The position numbers and the translations under genes are program-made. A DNA stretch of 62,204 nt, filler included, from Choristocarpus tenellus KU-1152 (lineage: Eukaryota; Protista; Phaeophyceae): NCBI GenBank assembly GCA_964200185.2. It is 11 parts of 11 records of this genome, joined end to end, with 100 filler letters (N's around TTAATTAATTAA, not from the genome) between each part and the next. Parts side by side here need not be neighbours in the genome. Positions count along the whole stretch, not along the records: positions 35,432 to 40,659 come from CAXNAD020011426.1; positions 40,760 to 45,960 come from CAXNAD020011523.1; positions 46,061 to 49,533 come from CAXNAD020019801.1; positions 49,634 to 62,204 come from CAXNAD020001782.1; 7 more parts are not named here. One strand, 5' to 3'. The first letter of the stretch is position 1; each line of letters starts with the position of its first letter. Below the pieces are notes generated by a model. That model had not been told where the DNA came from. It saw only the letters and a program-made list of their open reading frames with translations, and searched no databases. Shown piece after piece: positions 38,122-51,532 of the stretch.

Positions 38122-40659
38122 GGCAATGAAATGGTTGCTGGAACTCTCAAACCTAAAACATCTTATTCTGCACACTCCCCCATGAGAGTGGAAGTAATAA
38201 AAAAAATGGTTCAACTCTGACACACATCACATTTATCCTGTCAACGCAGTAAAACGCAGATTGCTTCAACTCTAACACATGACATTCATCTAGTCAAGAC
38301 ATTGTCTACAAAGTCTTCTACCTGCTTCTTACAAGTTGTAGTGTTGTGGGTATATACTTCACTCTAAGGAATCCTTGGTTGACATACTCCTTGGTGCATT
38401 TCAGCTTGATGTCAACATGCCTTGTTCTTCCATTGAAGTCTTCAGTCGTCCCTGCTTGGATCGCACCTTTATTGTCCCCATACCAAGTCGTAGCCCCTTG
38501 GGGTATACTCAGCTCCCTCAGGATGCCTCTGAGGAATACTGCATGCCTCATTCCATTTATCATCGCCGTCCATTCTGCTTCAGATGAAGATGTTACAGCT
38601 CCTTACATCTTGGATTTCCATGCAATAGGTAGCGCATTTATTAGGATTAGGTATCCCGTCACGCTTCGTCTTGAAGCAGTGTCATTGCCCCAGTCTGAGT
38701 CTCCATATTCGACCAGGCCCCCGTTGTTCATTTCACCACCAGCAGGATATTGTATCCCTACTTTCATGGTGCCTGCTAGGTATCGTAGAACATGTTGCAG
38801 CCCTTTCCAGTGTCAACTGCATGGAGATGCCTATCTTCCCAGTTCCTGCATACTGTTGGTTAGGTCTGGTTGTGTCATCCCAGCTAGGAACATAAGTTTC
38901 CCCAGAATGGTGTGGTAAGGCTTGTACCTCTGGTCCAGCTCCTCCTCGTCAGTTCTCCTTGGGGACAGGTCCATTCCTGGGTTTGAAGGGGATGAGGTAC
39001 TCCGTACTTCTGTGGATCCCATTACTTCGTGAACAATGCTCTCTGCATAGAAACGCTGGCCCAGTATGATGCCAGCCTCATCTCGGTTAATTGCCATCGC
39101 AACGAAGTTTTCTGGGGTCCCGAGGTCCCGTCCTTTGTACTTGGTAAGCAGATTGCTCTTCATCCTCTTTATTTCTTCGTTGAAGCCTCCAGTGTCAATG
39201 AGATGTCATCAACATAGTGAAAGAGGACAGCGATCCTACCATCTTCACTCCTCTTCGCATATAGGCAGGCGTCGAAGTCGCTAACACTCCACCCCTCAGC
39301 AAAGATTGTTCGTTTTATCTCCTTGGACCATTCCATTGCTGATTGCTTAAGGCCATAGATAACCCTGGCAGCTTTTAAGATGGATCCATTGGGCAGTTGT
39401 AGTCATACATCCTCAGGGAGTGGTGCGTTCAGGTAGGCTTGAGTGAAGTCTAGGGAGTTGATAACCCAGTTTCTGGCTGCCGCAGCTAGGACTACCCGAA
39501 TCACATCAAATCCCACCACTGGACTGAATGTGCTGAAGCAGTCCACCCCTTCTTGCTGTGAAAAACCCCGTGCGACCAGCCTGGCCTTGAACCTTGCAAT
39601 GTCTCCATTGACTGTCCTTTTGATTTTGAAAATGGATCTTGTTTTGATGGGTCTCCTCCCTAGTGGCAGACTCTCTCCCTCATGGAAGGTTCCTTTGCTT
39701 CGTTGGCCCTCCATTTCTTGCTCCATTGCCTCTTTCCAGTGTTATGCATCAGGCCCTGCGAGGGCTTCTATGATGGTTGATGGCTCCTGGTGGCCTATTG
39801 AGATGTAACCTGCCATGCCCATCAAACAGTAGGCATCATCCGTGCTCGCTTTGAGCAGATTGACTATAATCTCTCCCAGTTCCTCGGTATCACCAGAGTG
39901 TAAACCCTGTAGTCCACCTGGGTTGTTCAGCTATCATGGCTGACCTCCGTTGTCCACTAGGTACACTTGTCGAGTTCTTCCTCGCGGCTGTTGCTTGTGG
40001 TATCGGATTGGCAGCAATATAGAAATCCCGATCAGAGTCGTCTTCAGTATCGGAAATCTCTTTATTATCGGTCAAAGTCATGGTCTCTCCCCCATAAAGT
40101 CCATGGTGTGTTCGTCTGGCTCAAACGTCACCTGGGCAGAGGTCACCAACTTGACCTCTTGAGGAAGCCAAATGTACACACAGTGATGTACGGTCCTGTC
40201 CCATGATTATACCCCGCTTGGCGTATGGCTGAAACTTTGAACCGGCTCCCCTCTGCTGCTTGTCCTGGTGAACATAACACTCGCTCCCCCAGGTCCAAAG
40301 CCTATCATAGTTGAAAGATTTACCTGTTAGACGCTTGCATGGCATCTTACCTCCGAGTTATTTGTGTGGCATGCCTCCAGTTTTGAAGGCAACGTCCGTG
40401 ATGGCAAAGAACCTCTACTCGTCGCCCAGCCCAGCCTTTACCAGTTGACTCCTTGCTGCCCCCATGAGATGTTTTATTGCCCTTTCGGCGATCCCGTTGC
40501 TCAGTGGTGTTCTCGATGGAGATTTCCTCCATCAGGTACCGTTGTTCGCCAGCATCCTTTGGAACTTCACCGATCTCCCAAGCTTGCCAGCACCATCTGT
40601 CACCATCGATTAGACTCTTCCAACTTTATCGGACAGTTACGGAAAAATATGTATGGAGT
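38122..40659 (-). mobile_element. Decayed Ty1/Copia LTR retrotransposon (integrase end, RT, RNase H, PPT)
   Basis: Integrase remnants (LWTWGSECYVH, KFQPYAKRGI); RT IARFKARLVARGFSQQEGVD, LDFTQAYLNAPL; RNase H YGDSDWG, DNKGAI, RTRHVDIK. PPT-like CTCATGGGGGAGTG followed by TG at ~38172. Many stops/frameshifts. Confidence 0.92.
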
Positions 40660-40899
40660 NNNNNNNNNNNNNNNNNNNNNNNNNNNNNNNNNNNNNNNNN
40701 NNNTTAATTAATTAANNNNNNNNNNNNNNNNNNNNNNNNNNNNNNNNNNNNNNNNNNNNCCCCGCGGGCTTGGTTGGGGGGGGGGGGGGGGGGGTAGAGG
40801 TGGGTAAGGGTGTGAGAGAGGGGGGGGGGGGGGGGGGGGGGGAGGGTCCCCAATACAGGAGAGAGTCAGGGCGGTGATTGTGGTGATGTAGGGTTTGGG

Positions 40900-41450
40900 T
40901 GAGATGCGAGGCATATGTGTAAACAGCTCTTGGAGCAGCCTTACAACAAAATCGGAAACAGGGGTGCTTTATGACCATGTAGAATGATTTAGATGGCTTG
41001 AAATCTGAGCAGGAAAATGTGCCATTTTGTTCAAGAGTGAAGAGGAGACAGGTAGCAAGGTGGAGAGTGGAGGTCAGCACATCTTTCAGCAAGACAAAAT
41101 GAATACAAGTAGCAGCAAGAGGGAGTGGGGAGGGAGGAGTGGGGGTATCAAGGTAGATATGTGCTCAGGTCATTTTTTCTTTCAATATGCCCTTGCTTGT
41201 GGAAAGAAAGCTTCAAGCTCAGCATGCTACATGAAAACAAGCTGAAGACTACATAGTGGAGGCTGCATGTTCCTTTGCCCGAGGTGTCTCCAAAGCATTA
41301 GGTCATTTTATAAATGTGACTCAAGTTACACATCATATCGCCTTACCTCTATAGCTGAGACTCACACAGAAGGAGTGACTACAAACAGAAGCTCACAACA
41401 TGCTGAAGCATCTCATCCCACAGATCGTTGTAAAGCTACATTGTGCTACA
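40900..41450 (+). mobile_element. Very decayed REL-type LINE 3' fragment
   Basis: Remnants KVESGGQHIF and SYRLTSIAET resemble the REL-domain region also seen at 28866-29000. Confidence 0.25.
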
Positions 41451-41534
41451 CTAGGGGCAATAAACCAGGAGTGGTGGGGACTGGGATTTTGACTTTTTCT
41501 ATCTTACTATGCTAAATTGTAACTCTGCTCTTAC

Positions 41535-42634
41535 TTGCCGCCAGTTGACTAAGAGCAGTCAGCCCCCCAATGAGGGCGGAGGCCCCGAAACCACCATACA
41601 GAAAGAGGCGGGCCTGCATACGGAGGGATAGGGAAGGGCAAAGTCGGAGAAGACACGAGTGACAGAAATTGAGCCATGAGAGAAGCGAAGAAGAGTGCAC
41701 TAGCATGATAAAAGGAGTGAAATCACACACATATCAATAGATGGTTGGCGTCCAACACTCTGTCAGACACAGACACCCTATATATCAGATTGAAAACCCA
41801 TCCAAGAATGTATGGGTTGGTCTGTGTTGTGCATATATATATAGCAAGAATGACCAAGAACGTAGGGATTCTATCATAGTTGCAATATGTTGATTTTTTC
41901 TTCATGGATGGCAGGATAGATTTGGAAATATTTCACTCCAACGGCAGGTAGGTCCAATCCAGTCACGTACCCAATTCGCCACATCCCTGCAGGGATGGTT
42001 TTTTATTCTTTCGGTGCCTCGAGTAACTGGGATCCGGGATTGATCTGTGGAAGAGCAAAAGACGCACCTTGCGGAAAGGAGCAGAGGCCTCCGCTTTGAG
42101 CTTGTCTATACTGTACACTTGTTTCTCTTCTGCCTCTTCGCCAGCCGACGTGTCAAGTGAGTCCTCGTCTGATACGCTGTGTGGGAAGGAGAGTGCGAAA
42201 AGATGTGGAGATTGGCGAAACCATCGAGACGCCACTACATCATACAATAAACTTAGTTAGCCTAGTAAGATGATAGCTACTTCTGATGACGCTGACGAAG
42301 ATATGGCTAGCACATCTACGATCTTCGAGTATGAAGGAACAACCTTCGCGCTCGAGGTCTGGTAAGCTAACCCTCCCAGCTGTACAGCCCCAGACCCATA
42401 CCCTCACCTGTTGATCGTGCTAGTACCCTTCGATTTTCTCTTGACCACCATCAACACCCCACTGGGTGAGACGCAGCCCTGGGATGGAGACATACAACCT
42501 CGATCTTGCACATCATTGAACTTCGAGGATCGAACAAGGTGAGCGCGAAGAGGCGAGACAAATGCGAGTCCAGATTGGAGGACTGTACCATGCACGACGA
42601 GTGCGAGGCAGAGGTTCCATCTTGTGCACAGCAT
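41535..42634 (-). CDS. LPA1: LPA1-like (DUF3493, low PSII accumulation 1) plastid protein, first three exons
   Basis: Exons 42634-42408, 42176-42068 and 41613-41535 in phase. Bipartite presequence (signal peptide ending ...SGLA-FVSP), then KLKAEASAPFRKARLFLYGGFGASALIG, matching the DUF3493 motif L-x-AE-x-x-APFR-x-x-R-x-F-x-Y-x-x-F-x-AS. The 3' exons are not on this contig. Confidence 0.8.
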
Positions 42635-43560
42635 ATCTAATTCAGATTCAGGTATCAGGTATCAGGTCTTGCAGGTCATGTCATGTGTGCTAACAAACAT
42701 GTTCAATGTAGGTTTGAAACCGGGGTTTGCAACATGTTCGGGTGGCGTATTGGTTGATTTTCTTGAGTTACTTGATTTAAGGAGATTGGGTAGACTTGGA
42801 TGCAGTGGAAGAGGCAGGATAAGCAAGGGATAAGGGCGTGAGTCGGATTAAACATTTCACTATGTATTATGTATACCCACGGTGGGGACAGCTCGCATTT
42901 TAGGTTGTAGCTTTCATCCATCGCCTTGAGGGAGAACGGCATCATGTGGGAAATCATGAACAAAAAAAATGTGAAAGTGTTACACTAAGATCTTCCAGGA
43001 GAAAAAAATCTTGTCATTTGTGAGGCATAGAACATAGACCTGTAGATCAATGTGTTGCCAGAAGCATCTCAAAAGGAACATTGTGCGAGGTGGTGGGCAG
43101 CGATGGATCAGTTGCAAGCTGGGGAAGGGGACGAGATTCACAGGCTGAGAGTGTTGGCAGAAATGGCAAGAAATTTGCTGGAAGAAACCCAAGGAGATGT
43201 AGGTGAAGTGGCAAGAGCCACAGAAGGAGGAATTTCGACTCCACACCTACAAGCAGAGCACATCAGTGAATATTTTTGAAAGAAAATGCCTTTCTCGGTT
43301 ATTGACAATTTGGTCTCTGAGGGTAGATTGGAAATATAGGATCCACAGGAGTGTCAAGAAGCAGAAGACATCTGGAACAAGATAGGTTGGATATGCTCAC
43401 CACGATGGTGGTGTCTGCTTGCTTCAGCCCCAATACCTGGACAGCACTGCGTTACAACAATACATGATCTAGAGATACACAAGGATGCATGGCAAGTTGT
43501 CTATACAGTAGTCATGATGAACCTGGAAGAGGTAAGGGATAGGCGGTACCTACTACAGAA

Positions 43561-43791
43561 GAGTTTGCCCTGTTTGTCCATTTGGGGCTTGGCTTCCCAC
43601 ATGGTTTGTATGACATATTAACACCGAAACATTTCAGAGTAGGTAAAATAAGTACGTTATGAAAAGGTGTACCTGGAACAAGGGTATTGACACTTCCTAA
43701 CAAACACGATAGTCAAAATTTCATCAGAATCGTAACATTGGGTTTTGGTCCCTAAATGGACGCGGCTCTACCCTCTAAGGTACTTTGACTC
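43561..43791. mobile_element. MITE family A, one TIR missing
   Basis: Homologous to 13111-13368; ends TACCCTCTAAGGTACTTTGACTC. Confidence 0.85.
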
Positions 43792-44316
43792 TCTTACGAC
43801 CAGAGGATTAGTCGGAAGTGGGTGGGATGACCTTTTCTTTACGCAGTCGGCAGCCTTGAGATCGATCTGAAAGGATGATCGAAATCGAGGGCATGGGCAA
43901 CATTTTGAGAAGAGTCCTATGTTTTGCCAGGAAAATGTGGCATGCTGTGTATGTGATAAGGACAGGAAGGTGAATTGTGTGGAGTCTGTTAAGACTAACG
44001 AGGCTTCATGATAGGTCAAACAGGAACACGATTAGTGGAACGAAAAGGGTGCGACATAGACAAGACTTTGATGAGGATGTGTGAAATGCTGGAGGTGGGT
44101 GTTGAGAGTACGGGGTTGAAATAGAGGAGTCTTTAGCAGTCTCGTCTTCTCTAATCATTGAAAGGCCTGCCAAGAGGAAAAGACGATCAGACAAAAACGG
44201 TAGAATAATAGGGTAACTTTTTGTGGAAGTAAGAACATGATGGTGTTACGATTTGTCGACTGAGGTGACAGACAGGGTACAGTACCATGGGATTTCAATG
44301 AGCATGCCCAAACTAA

Positions 44317-44575
44317 GAGCCAAAGTATCTTAGAGGGTAGGGCCGCATCCATTTGGTGGCCAGAATCCAATGTCGGGATTTTGATGTAATGTTGGGCATC
44401 GTGTTTGTTAGGAAGTGTCAGTATCCTTGTTGTGGACACACATTTTCATAACTTGTACATTTTACCAACTCCAAAATATTTTGGAGTAGGAAAATACCAT
44501 AACTAAACCCATGAGAAGCCAAGTCCCAAATGGACAAACAGGACACAACTCGTACCCTCTAAGATACTTTCACTC
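44317..44575. mobile_element. MITE family A, full length, opposite orientation to the 13111 copy
   Basis: TIRs GAGCCAAAGTATCTTAGAGGGTA / TACCCTCTAAGATACTTTCACTC; no clean TSD. Confidence 0.88.
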
Positions 44576-45493
44576 CCTGTATTACAGGGTCAGTTACCTG
44601 CATTGTTGGAGATGAGCGACTCCCGAAGGTGTTGATGTCTGAACAACTTGCAGATGGAAACGGAAGCAAAGGTGGACAGGAGGATAAGATTAGGAGTATG
44701 TGCCTGGAAGGCGATTATGAGAGTGGTTGAGGGATGGGGTATAAGGAAGGGTAACAGACCAACTCACAGGTAGTACAAAGGTGAGGTTGAAAGAAATCAA
44801 GAGCTTCATCAACGAGTGGTATACGAGAGAAGCTGTGATAGCTGACGACATATATATGTTGTGCAAACCAGCAGTTATTGCAGCCCCAGCAGATCAGGGG
44901 ATATACACACTCACCAGTGCCTGCAGAATGTTGCTTTTCTTATTGTCTTTTTTCTTTGTTTGATATGCAATTGGAGTGGTGTTCAGATGGAATGGATGGT
45001 CAACGAATTATTCTTTTCCCCTTTTCCCCATGTATAGGACCTGACGATGGTGACTTTGTTTTCAGATGACATCATGTCCCAGCTATTGGGTGCTAGTACC
45101 ATAAGCCTGGGTTTTCTTGCCTATACCCCTCCACGGAGTTTTCTCTATATATTTTCATTTTGATATGTATTCCAAGTATATAATATTTATGTATATATTT
45201 ATGTAATATTTTTTGTTTTCTCAAGTTTTGTATTAGTGCTTTCCCTCTAACTGCCTTTCCACCACTAGTCCTGTTATTAGCAAGAGGTTTTGGTTAGTTG
45301 GCGGAATGATACGAGTGAAGAAATAAACGGTTGCGATGTGTGTATGTAAGTATGTGAACGCGAAGGAGATTGTAAAAGGGGTAGTTTATTCTTCTTATTA
45401 TCGTACATAAATTGCGTACTCCGGACTATATACTATATAAGTAACTTGTTCACATTCGTCCAACTGATAGGTCACGTTAATACCAGTTCCACA

Positions 45494-45670
45494 GAGTGAA
45501 AGTATCTTAGAGGGTACGAGTTTTGCCCTGTTTGTCCGCTTGGGGCTTGGGTTCCCACAGGCTATTATGACACTTCCTACTCCGAAATGGTTCAGAGGTG
45601 GTAAAATGTATACGTTATGAAAATGTGTGTCTGGAACAAGGATACTGACACTTCCCAACAAACACCATAG
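45494..45670. mobile_element. MITE family A, truncated
   Basis: Starts GAGTGAAAGTATCTTAGAGGGTACG; homology ends at ~45670. Confidence 0.85.
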
Positions 45671-48600
45671 AACAGTGGATTTCAAAATTTGAGGATGGAG
45701 CGTACTATGGAGGATTGGTTTTAATGGCTGTTATTATCGTGCAGTTCTGGCACGCTTAGAAAGGAAGGTTAGTCACAAAGGAGTTTGAGCCTGAGCCTGA
45801 ACCAGAGCCAGAGCCTGAGTCTGAGCCACAAGAATCTGCCTATGGACCTAGAGTAGTCGTCACAACACTTGTCCCTGAAGGGGGCACGCCCATCGATTGG
45901 AGACCCCAAGATTCTTGCTTACGGAATGAGAAAAGCAATTGCTGTACCTGCCACTAGGGGNNNNNNNNNNNNNNNNNNNNNNNNNNNNNNNNNNNNNNNN
46001 NNNNTTAATTAATTAANNNNNNNNNNNNNNNNNNNNNNNNNNNNNNNNNNNNNNNNNNNNGTAATATTTGAACAAAAATATATCCGGACCCTTAAAAAGT
46101 GCCGAAACATTTCCAAAAAAAGACATATCCCGGGCCCTTACAACTGCAAAAACATTTGCAAATAAACTTTTCGGTACTTTTTCAAGACCGTTTTCGATCA
46201 TCAACCATCCTCATAGCCCCGCTCCTTCCTCAATTCTCCAAATCCACTGTTATTGGTCTTTGTAAAGTATCACAAGAAACAAACGCCACACGTCTTAGAG
46301 TTGATCGGACAATTTGTTCCCCCTCCCCCCGCAATCCCTAAAACAGGTATATTCTCCTGCTTGGAAGGAACTCTCTGCAGCAGCCATTGTTGAATCTTTC
46401 CCTTCAAACTCCGTTGGGACTATTTTGGTCAATCTTGGTAAGATCAGGCTGTATGTAGGACCCATACCTTTTTTTGAGGAATTAAAGATGCAACGACAAC
46501 AACAACAATAACAACAACGAAGCCTCTCCCTGCTGTTAATATTTGTACCAAATAGTAAAAAGTATGTAGGACTAAATAGCCAACAAATCGATCCAGCAGA
46601 TACTCTCTTTCACATGCAAAAACAAACCACAAGAGGTATGGATCCTACAGCCATTATTTACTTGAAACCACAAGAGTATATTTAATTTCGGCAGGTACTC
46701 CTTGGGGTCATGAACCTGTTACCACTGGTTCGAATCTCATACTACTATAGAGCACCGCCCTGCAACAGTACAAACTCTGGTCGATCAAATGACTACTTGT
46801 TCTTTCATGAGTATTCCAAAATCAAATACACCCTAGCACCCCTTAAATTCGTACCTACACGCATTAAAAAACATATCGACACTCTATCCCAGTCAATTTT
46901 GGGTCAAGCCCATCCTCAATGAAAAGCTCCATCCTCAATTTTTGAAATCGGCTGTTATTACACTTTGGCAAAGGACACACTGAACCACCAAGAAGGGGTA
47001 CAATTTATGATAGTGAGATCCTCGCTGTTCTTGGTACGCAATTTTCTGGAATGAATCACTACTTGTTATTAGGAAGTCAGCTAGCTGGGAGTCAAAAAAT
47101 AGGAGTTACTATTCCAGGAGTCGATGAATTAACATCAACAATAACAGCAAGAGCAGTTTTCGTTCCATCATCTCTCATTTCTTCACTCGTGGTGTGTCTC
47201 GATTTCTTGATACTTGGCAACCACACGAATGAAGTGGAAAGCGTTTGTGTGCACACTTGCTCGGCAGAGCATTGGAAAGCATATCCATACCAGACGACTT
47301 GTGTCTTCCTCACTACTAGCCCCTATGGGACGGAAATAGTTTGCCAAAAAAAGGTAAGGTAGGTGCACCAAAATGTCGAAGGCAGAAGCACACCAATAGG
47401 GATGAAGGATCCACTCCCCTGCAACGCCACAAAAGACGACTATGAACAGGCAACAACATGAAAATTCTGCTCAAGTTTTGCGGGATGATAGAAGAGAGGG
47501 AAACCTCATCATCAAAGCGACACAGGGCAGGTAGGTCGACTCTTCCATGGAATCGTCTCCCTCTCTCTCCGCAGCAAAGCCTGGACAGCTCATGATTTTG
47601 CCATCTCTACATCTGAATCAGTAACAACATAATTTATGATCTAGGCACCTTGACGCACGGCAGACGGCATACATGCCACCCTGGCTGTTGTATTGTAAGT
47701 ACCAACAAGCCATCCACATCCATCTATAGATAGTGTGTTGCAATGCAAAAAAAAAGAGGATACACAAAAGAAAAAGTCTTGCTTCCTTGCAAAAGCAGCC
47801 ATGCACAACAAACACTAGGATGCAGCATGCTAAATACAGAAAAAAAGACAATCTCAGCAATAGCTCAATTGCCTTGCTTGCTCGCTGATGCAATGAGAGA
47901 GGTACCCAAACCATAAACTATTGCTTCCATTTGACACAGGGCCTGACGAGACATGAAACCTATACCCCCACCCAGAACTATCGCTGAAGCAAGGTAAGAG
48001 AATTTTGTATTATACCATTCAACTGTAACTGTATCGAAGTACTCCCGTCACGAAATCAACAACCTTGGTCCCACTGCAGCCATGCCGCCACGTGTTAAGT
48101 GTTTTTTTGTTTTTTGTTTTTGTTTTGTTTTGTTCTTGTTCTTGTTCTTGTTCTTGTTCTTGTTTTCTTCTTTTCCGCTTTTTTTCGGTCAGGTCAGCCC
48201 CTGTCCCCCGTCCCCTGCCCCCCTGACAGCTAAACACCAACAGATTTTCCGCTCACCCCACAATGCAAGCAGCCATTAACCTTCACTCACAGCCCACATT
48301 GGCAGGAAGGAAGGGGAGGTACTCACAACGTAAAAATATCCTTCCACCAACTTATCATGACACACAACAGATACCTTACTCTTTGACGCCCAGTATCTAT
48401 GAGCTAAAATTACTCCCTCACTCCCCCTCCCACCCTCTGACCACCCTCCACCTTTGTATTGGTCCGAGATCGCCTGCGTTTCACAGGCAGTGTTCTCACT
48501 ATCAAGCATGCTCTGCACGCGACTATCCCCACCAGCAAATATTGTTTACAGAGGTGCACGTCGCTCCACTCTTCAAAAAAGCTTGACCACAACAACACAT

Positions 48601-48609
<9 letters not shown>

Positions 48610-48646
<37 letters not shown>

Positions 48647-48648
48647 GG
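48610..48648. repeat. (CAG)n microsatellite next to an (AC)n tract
   Basis: Direct inspection. Confidence 0.85.
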
Positions 48649-49242
48649 CAACATGGGTGCAATTTTAATACACAAAATGAACCCCTCACCTAACACACAG
48701 TGAAAAAGAAAAATACACAAACGATAGGCACACATCACAATTAACAACCAGTATGCGTACATAACATAGACACCATTTCCACCTGCCTGCCCTCCCGCCC
48801 CCCAACAAAGCACACTTACATTTTGCCAAAAGCAACAACAGCCGGTCCCTTACACTGATCAACAACAGGAATTAGAGCATCCCGCTAGTGGCTGCGCACA
48901 TCCTGACCAACCTCTGCCCCACCCACCATAATCTACTACACATAGATAACCTCAATCCATGCCTCACTTCAATGTTACAGGCATGACTCTCTCACACACA
49001 TCCAGCACCGAAAGGCGGTAGGAACTGGCTTTATAAAGCTGTCAGTAATGATCAACATGCAACCCCCATATCAGTCCGGGGACAGGATGAAGGGTGGAGG
49101 GGAGGGGGGGCAAGGGGTTGGGAGGGTCAGGCAAGCATAGGAAAACCCATCCAGTGTCATTTGCCCACCCTCACAGAAGATTATTTTCTCCCATACCGCC
49201 ACTCCTAACGCCTTCCAAATCCCCTCCTGCATCTCCACTTGA

Positions 49243-49476
49243 TCAACCACTACCATGCCCCATTGTGATTCCTCCCTCAACTCCTCCCTCAACTCCAATG
49301 TCATCTTCTTCCCACCCGGGATCACAAGCTCCTGGGACATCCCTGCGATAATCATACTCAGAATGGCGGCGATCGTGGTTTGGTTGACCCAGGTGAACCA
49401 GCTGGTCTATCATTGTACCAGAGTCATCTGGATTGCACCAAACAGCCTTCACTCCTTCTTTGAGTGCAATGCTCAC
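49243..49476 (-). CDS. Possible terminal exon of an unidentified gene
   Basis: Polypyrimidine tract + CAG acceptor, then VSIALKEGVKAVWCNPDDSGTMIDQLVHLG...* (77 codons). Confidence 0.35.
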   Translation of the reverse strand: MSIALKEGVKAVWCNPDDSGTMIDQLVHLGQPNHDRRHSEYDYRRDVPGACDPGWEEDDIGVEGGVEGGITMGHGSG

Positions 49477-50164
49477 CTGTGTAAAAGATGGAGGGAGTGG
49501 CGGGGCGAGGCGGGGAGGGGGTAGGGGGCAGGGNNNNNNNNNNNNNNNNNNNNNNNNNNNNNNNNNNNNNNNNNNNNTTAATTAATTAANNNNNNNNNNN
49601 NNNNNNNNNNNNNNNNNNNNNNNNNNNNNNNNNTCTCCTTGTTACCCCCCCTCCGGTTTCTTCTCCAATTCAATACTGACCATCCCTTCATTCCTCGTGC
49701 CTCTGCCTGCCACTCAATTCTTTAACCTCCCAACTGTTCCTTAACTCTTCGTACATTCTTTGTTGATTCTTCTTTTCTTTCTTGGCCCCTTCCTTGCCCC
49801 ATGCCCCCCAACCAACCAGAATTCTTCCGCACACAAAACTCAGATTACTTCATAAACTTTCACTTCTTTGTTAGAAAAATAGATCGTGTCGATTTATATC
49901 ATAAAGCAAATTCGTTATTGAATTGGAGATTCCCGCGCGCGCGATATTCTGCTATTTTCATTCGCGCAGAATTCAATACCCCGAACGATCCATGACTGAT
50001 CCCTCTGGTTCACTGTTCATCAACACTCTACTCCACATCACGCAACTTGCACCCTAACTTCATCAAACAGTTCATTGGTGTCACTAGGGAACTGCAGTTG
50101 TTGAAGAGTACTCTTCTCTACTTCTGGACTTTCTTCATCCATCGCCCTGTCAATTCTTGACGCC

Positions 50165-51532
50165 ATGGGTACGCAACGTGTCGTGAGTTTTGACGACAGG
50201 TCCTTCGTTCTGGGATCTCTCATGGGCAAGGGTGCAACTGCCTCTGTTCGGCGTGCGAGAGATCAAGCATCGGGTGAAGAGGTTGCAATGAAGGTGTTTT
50301 CAAAGCTTCCCGGTTTGGTGGCGCTTGATAGGCTAGAGGGTGAGGCACGCTGCTTATCTCGCATCAACCACACCTCTGTAATCGGCCTTCGTGGTGCGAG
50401 TAAGGCTGCCCAACTCATCCAGGGCGGCCAACAAAAGGTACAACGGGTGCCCGTCCTTGCCTTGGAACTAGCGAGCAACGGGGAATTGTTCCCGTTTATT
50501 GCTACAGGTGGAGCTTTGCCTGGTGCTGCGGCTCGCGCTGTATTTCGCCAACTTCTCGACGCTCTCGATGCTTGCCATAAGGCCAGCATCTGTCACCGTG
50601 ACGTGTCCCTCATGAACATTATGGTGGACAACAACTTCAACCTCAAACTTGGAGATTTTGGGTGAGAGCGTTGTCTATTTGGGATATTGTGTTGGGATTG
50701 TCTTGGAAATTCTTGGAGTGTGGTCCTCCAAAATTCCTGGTACGGCGTTCATTGCTGCACTGCCTTTGGTGTTGTGCTTAAAGAGGTCTTCATAGTTTTT
50801 TAAATATCAAAATATTTTCTTCGTTAACGAAGGTTTTCAGATGGTGTTCAACTCAGGCCACTTGATAAGCCACGAAATAATTGCCTTATAAATTATCTTC
50901 CCTACGTATCCTGTCGATGTAGAGGTATTGAATTGTGCTCTTATTCAAATCAGACACATCTCTATGTACAAAATATCTGAGTCTCTATGAAAATCCTTCT
51001 CCATTTGCCGACTAGGCATGCTGTGCAAATCCCAGCCGGTCAATCACCTACCCTGATTCGTGGCTCCTGCGGAACAGGGGTCTTTGCCCCACCAGAGATC
51101 TTGACAGGGAAGGCACACAATGGGTTCAAGGTGGACGTCTGGGCAGCTGGCGTCGTTCTTTTTATTGCACTCACCGGCCACCCGCCATGGTCAGCAGCCT
51201 CACCCAGTGACTGCTGGTACTCAGTTCTGATTCACGAGGGCACCGATGCCTTCTGGGCTGCACATTGCCGGACTTCGCCAAACATTCCACATGGTGCAAT
51301 GGATCTCCTGTCAGACATCTTCACTGTCGATCAACACTCCAGACCATCTCTAGCATGGGTGCAGACTCATGCATGGTTATGCAGGGATGAAGGGAGGGAG
51401 GATAATGCAACATTGATTGCCGAACTGAAGCGAAGGAGTAAGGAGATGAAAAAGACCATGGCGGGGGCAACAGGCTCTGACAGAGAAGGTTCGACACAGG
51501 GAGATACAACTACAAGTAGAACACACCGATGA
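50165..51532 (+). CDS. Ser/Thr protein kinase, CAMK/SNF1-like group, two exons (~337 aa)
   Basis: Exons 50165-50661 and 51016-51532 (phase-2 intron inside DFG). Motifs GKGATASV, VAMK, HRDVSLMN, DFG, CGTGVFAPPE, DVWAAGVVLF, SRPS. Confidence 0.92.

Noticed and set aside
47940-47993. Plus-strand segment bounded by AG and GTAAG
   Set aside because: Stop codons in all three frames; at most a non-coding exon.
10836-49633. Regularly recurring TTAATTAATTAA flanked by Ns, which could be read as a repeat array
   Set aside because: Identical 100-nt artificial contig linkers with stops in all frames; not biological.
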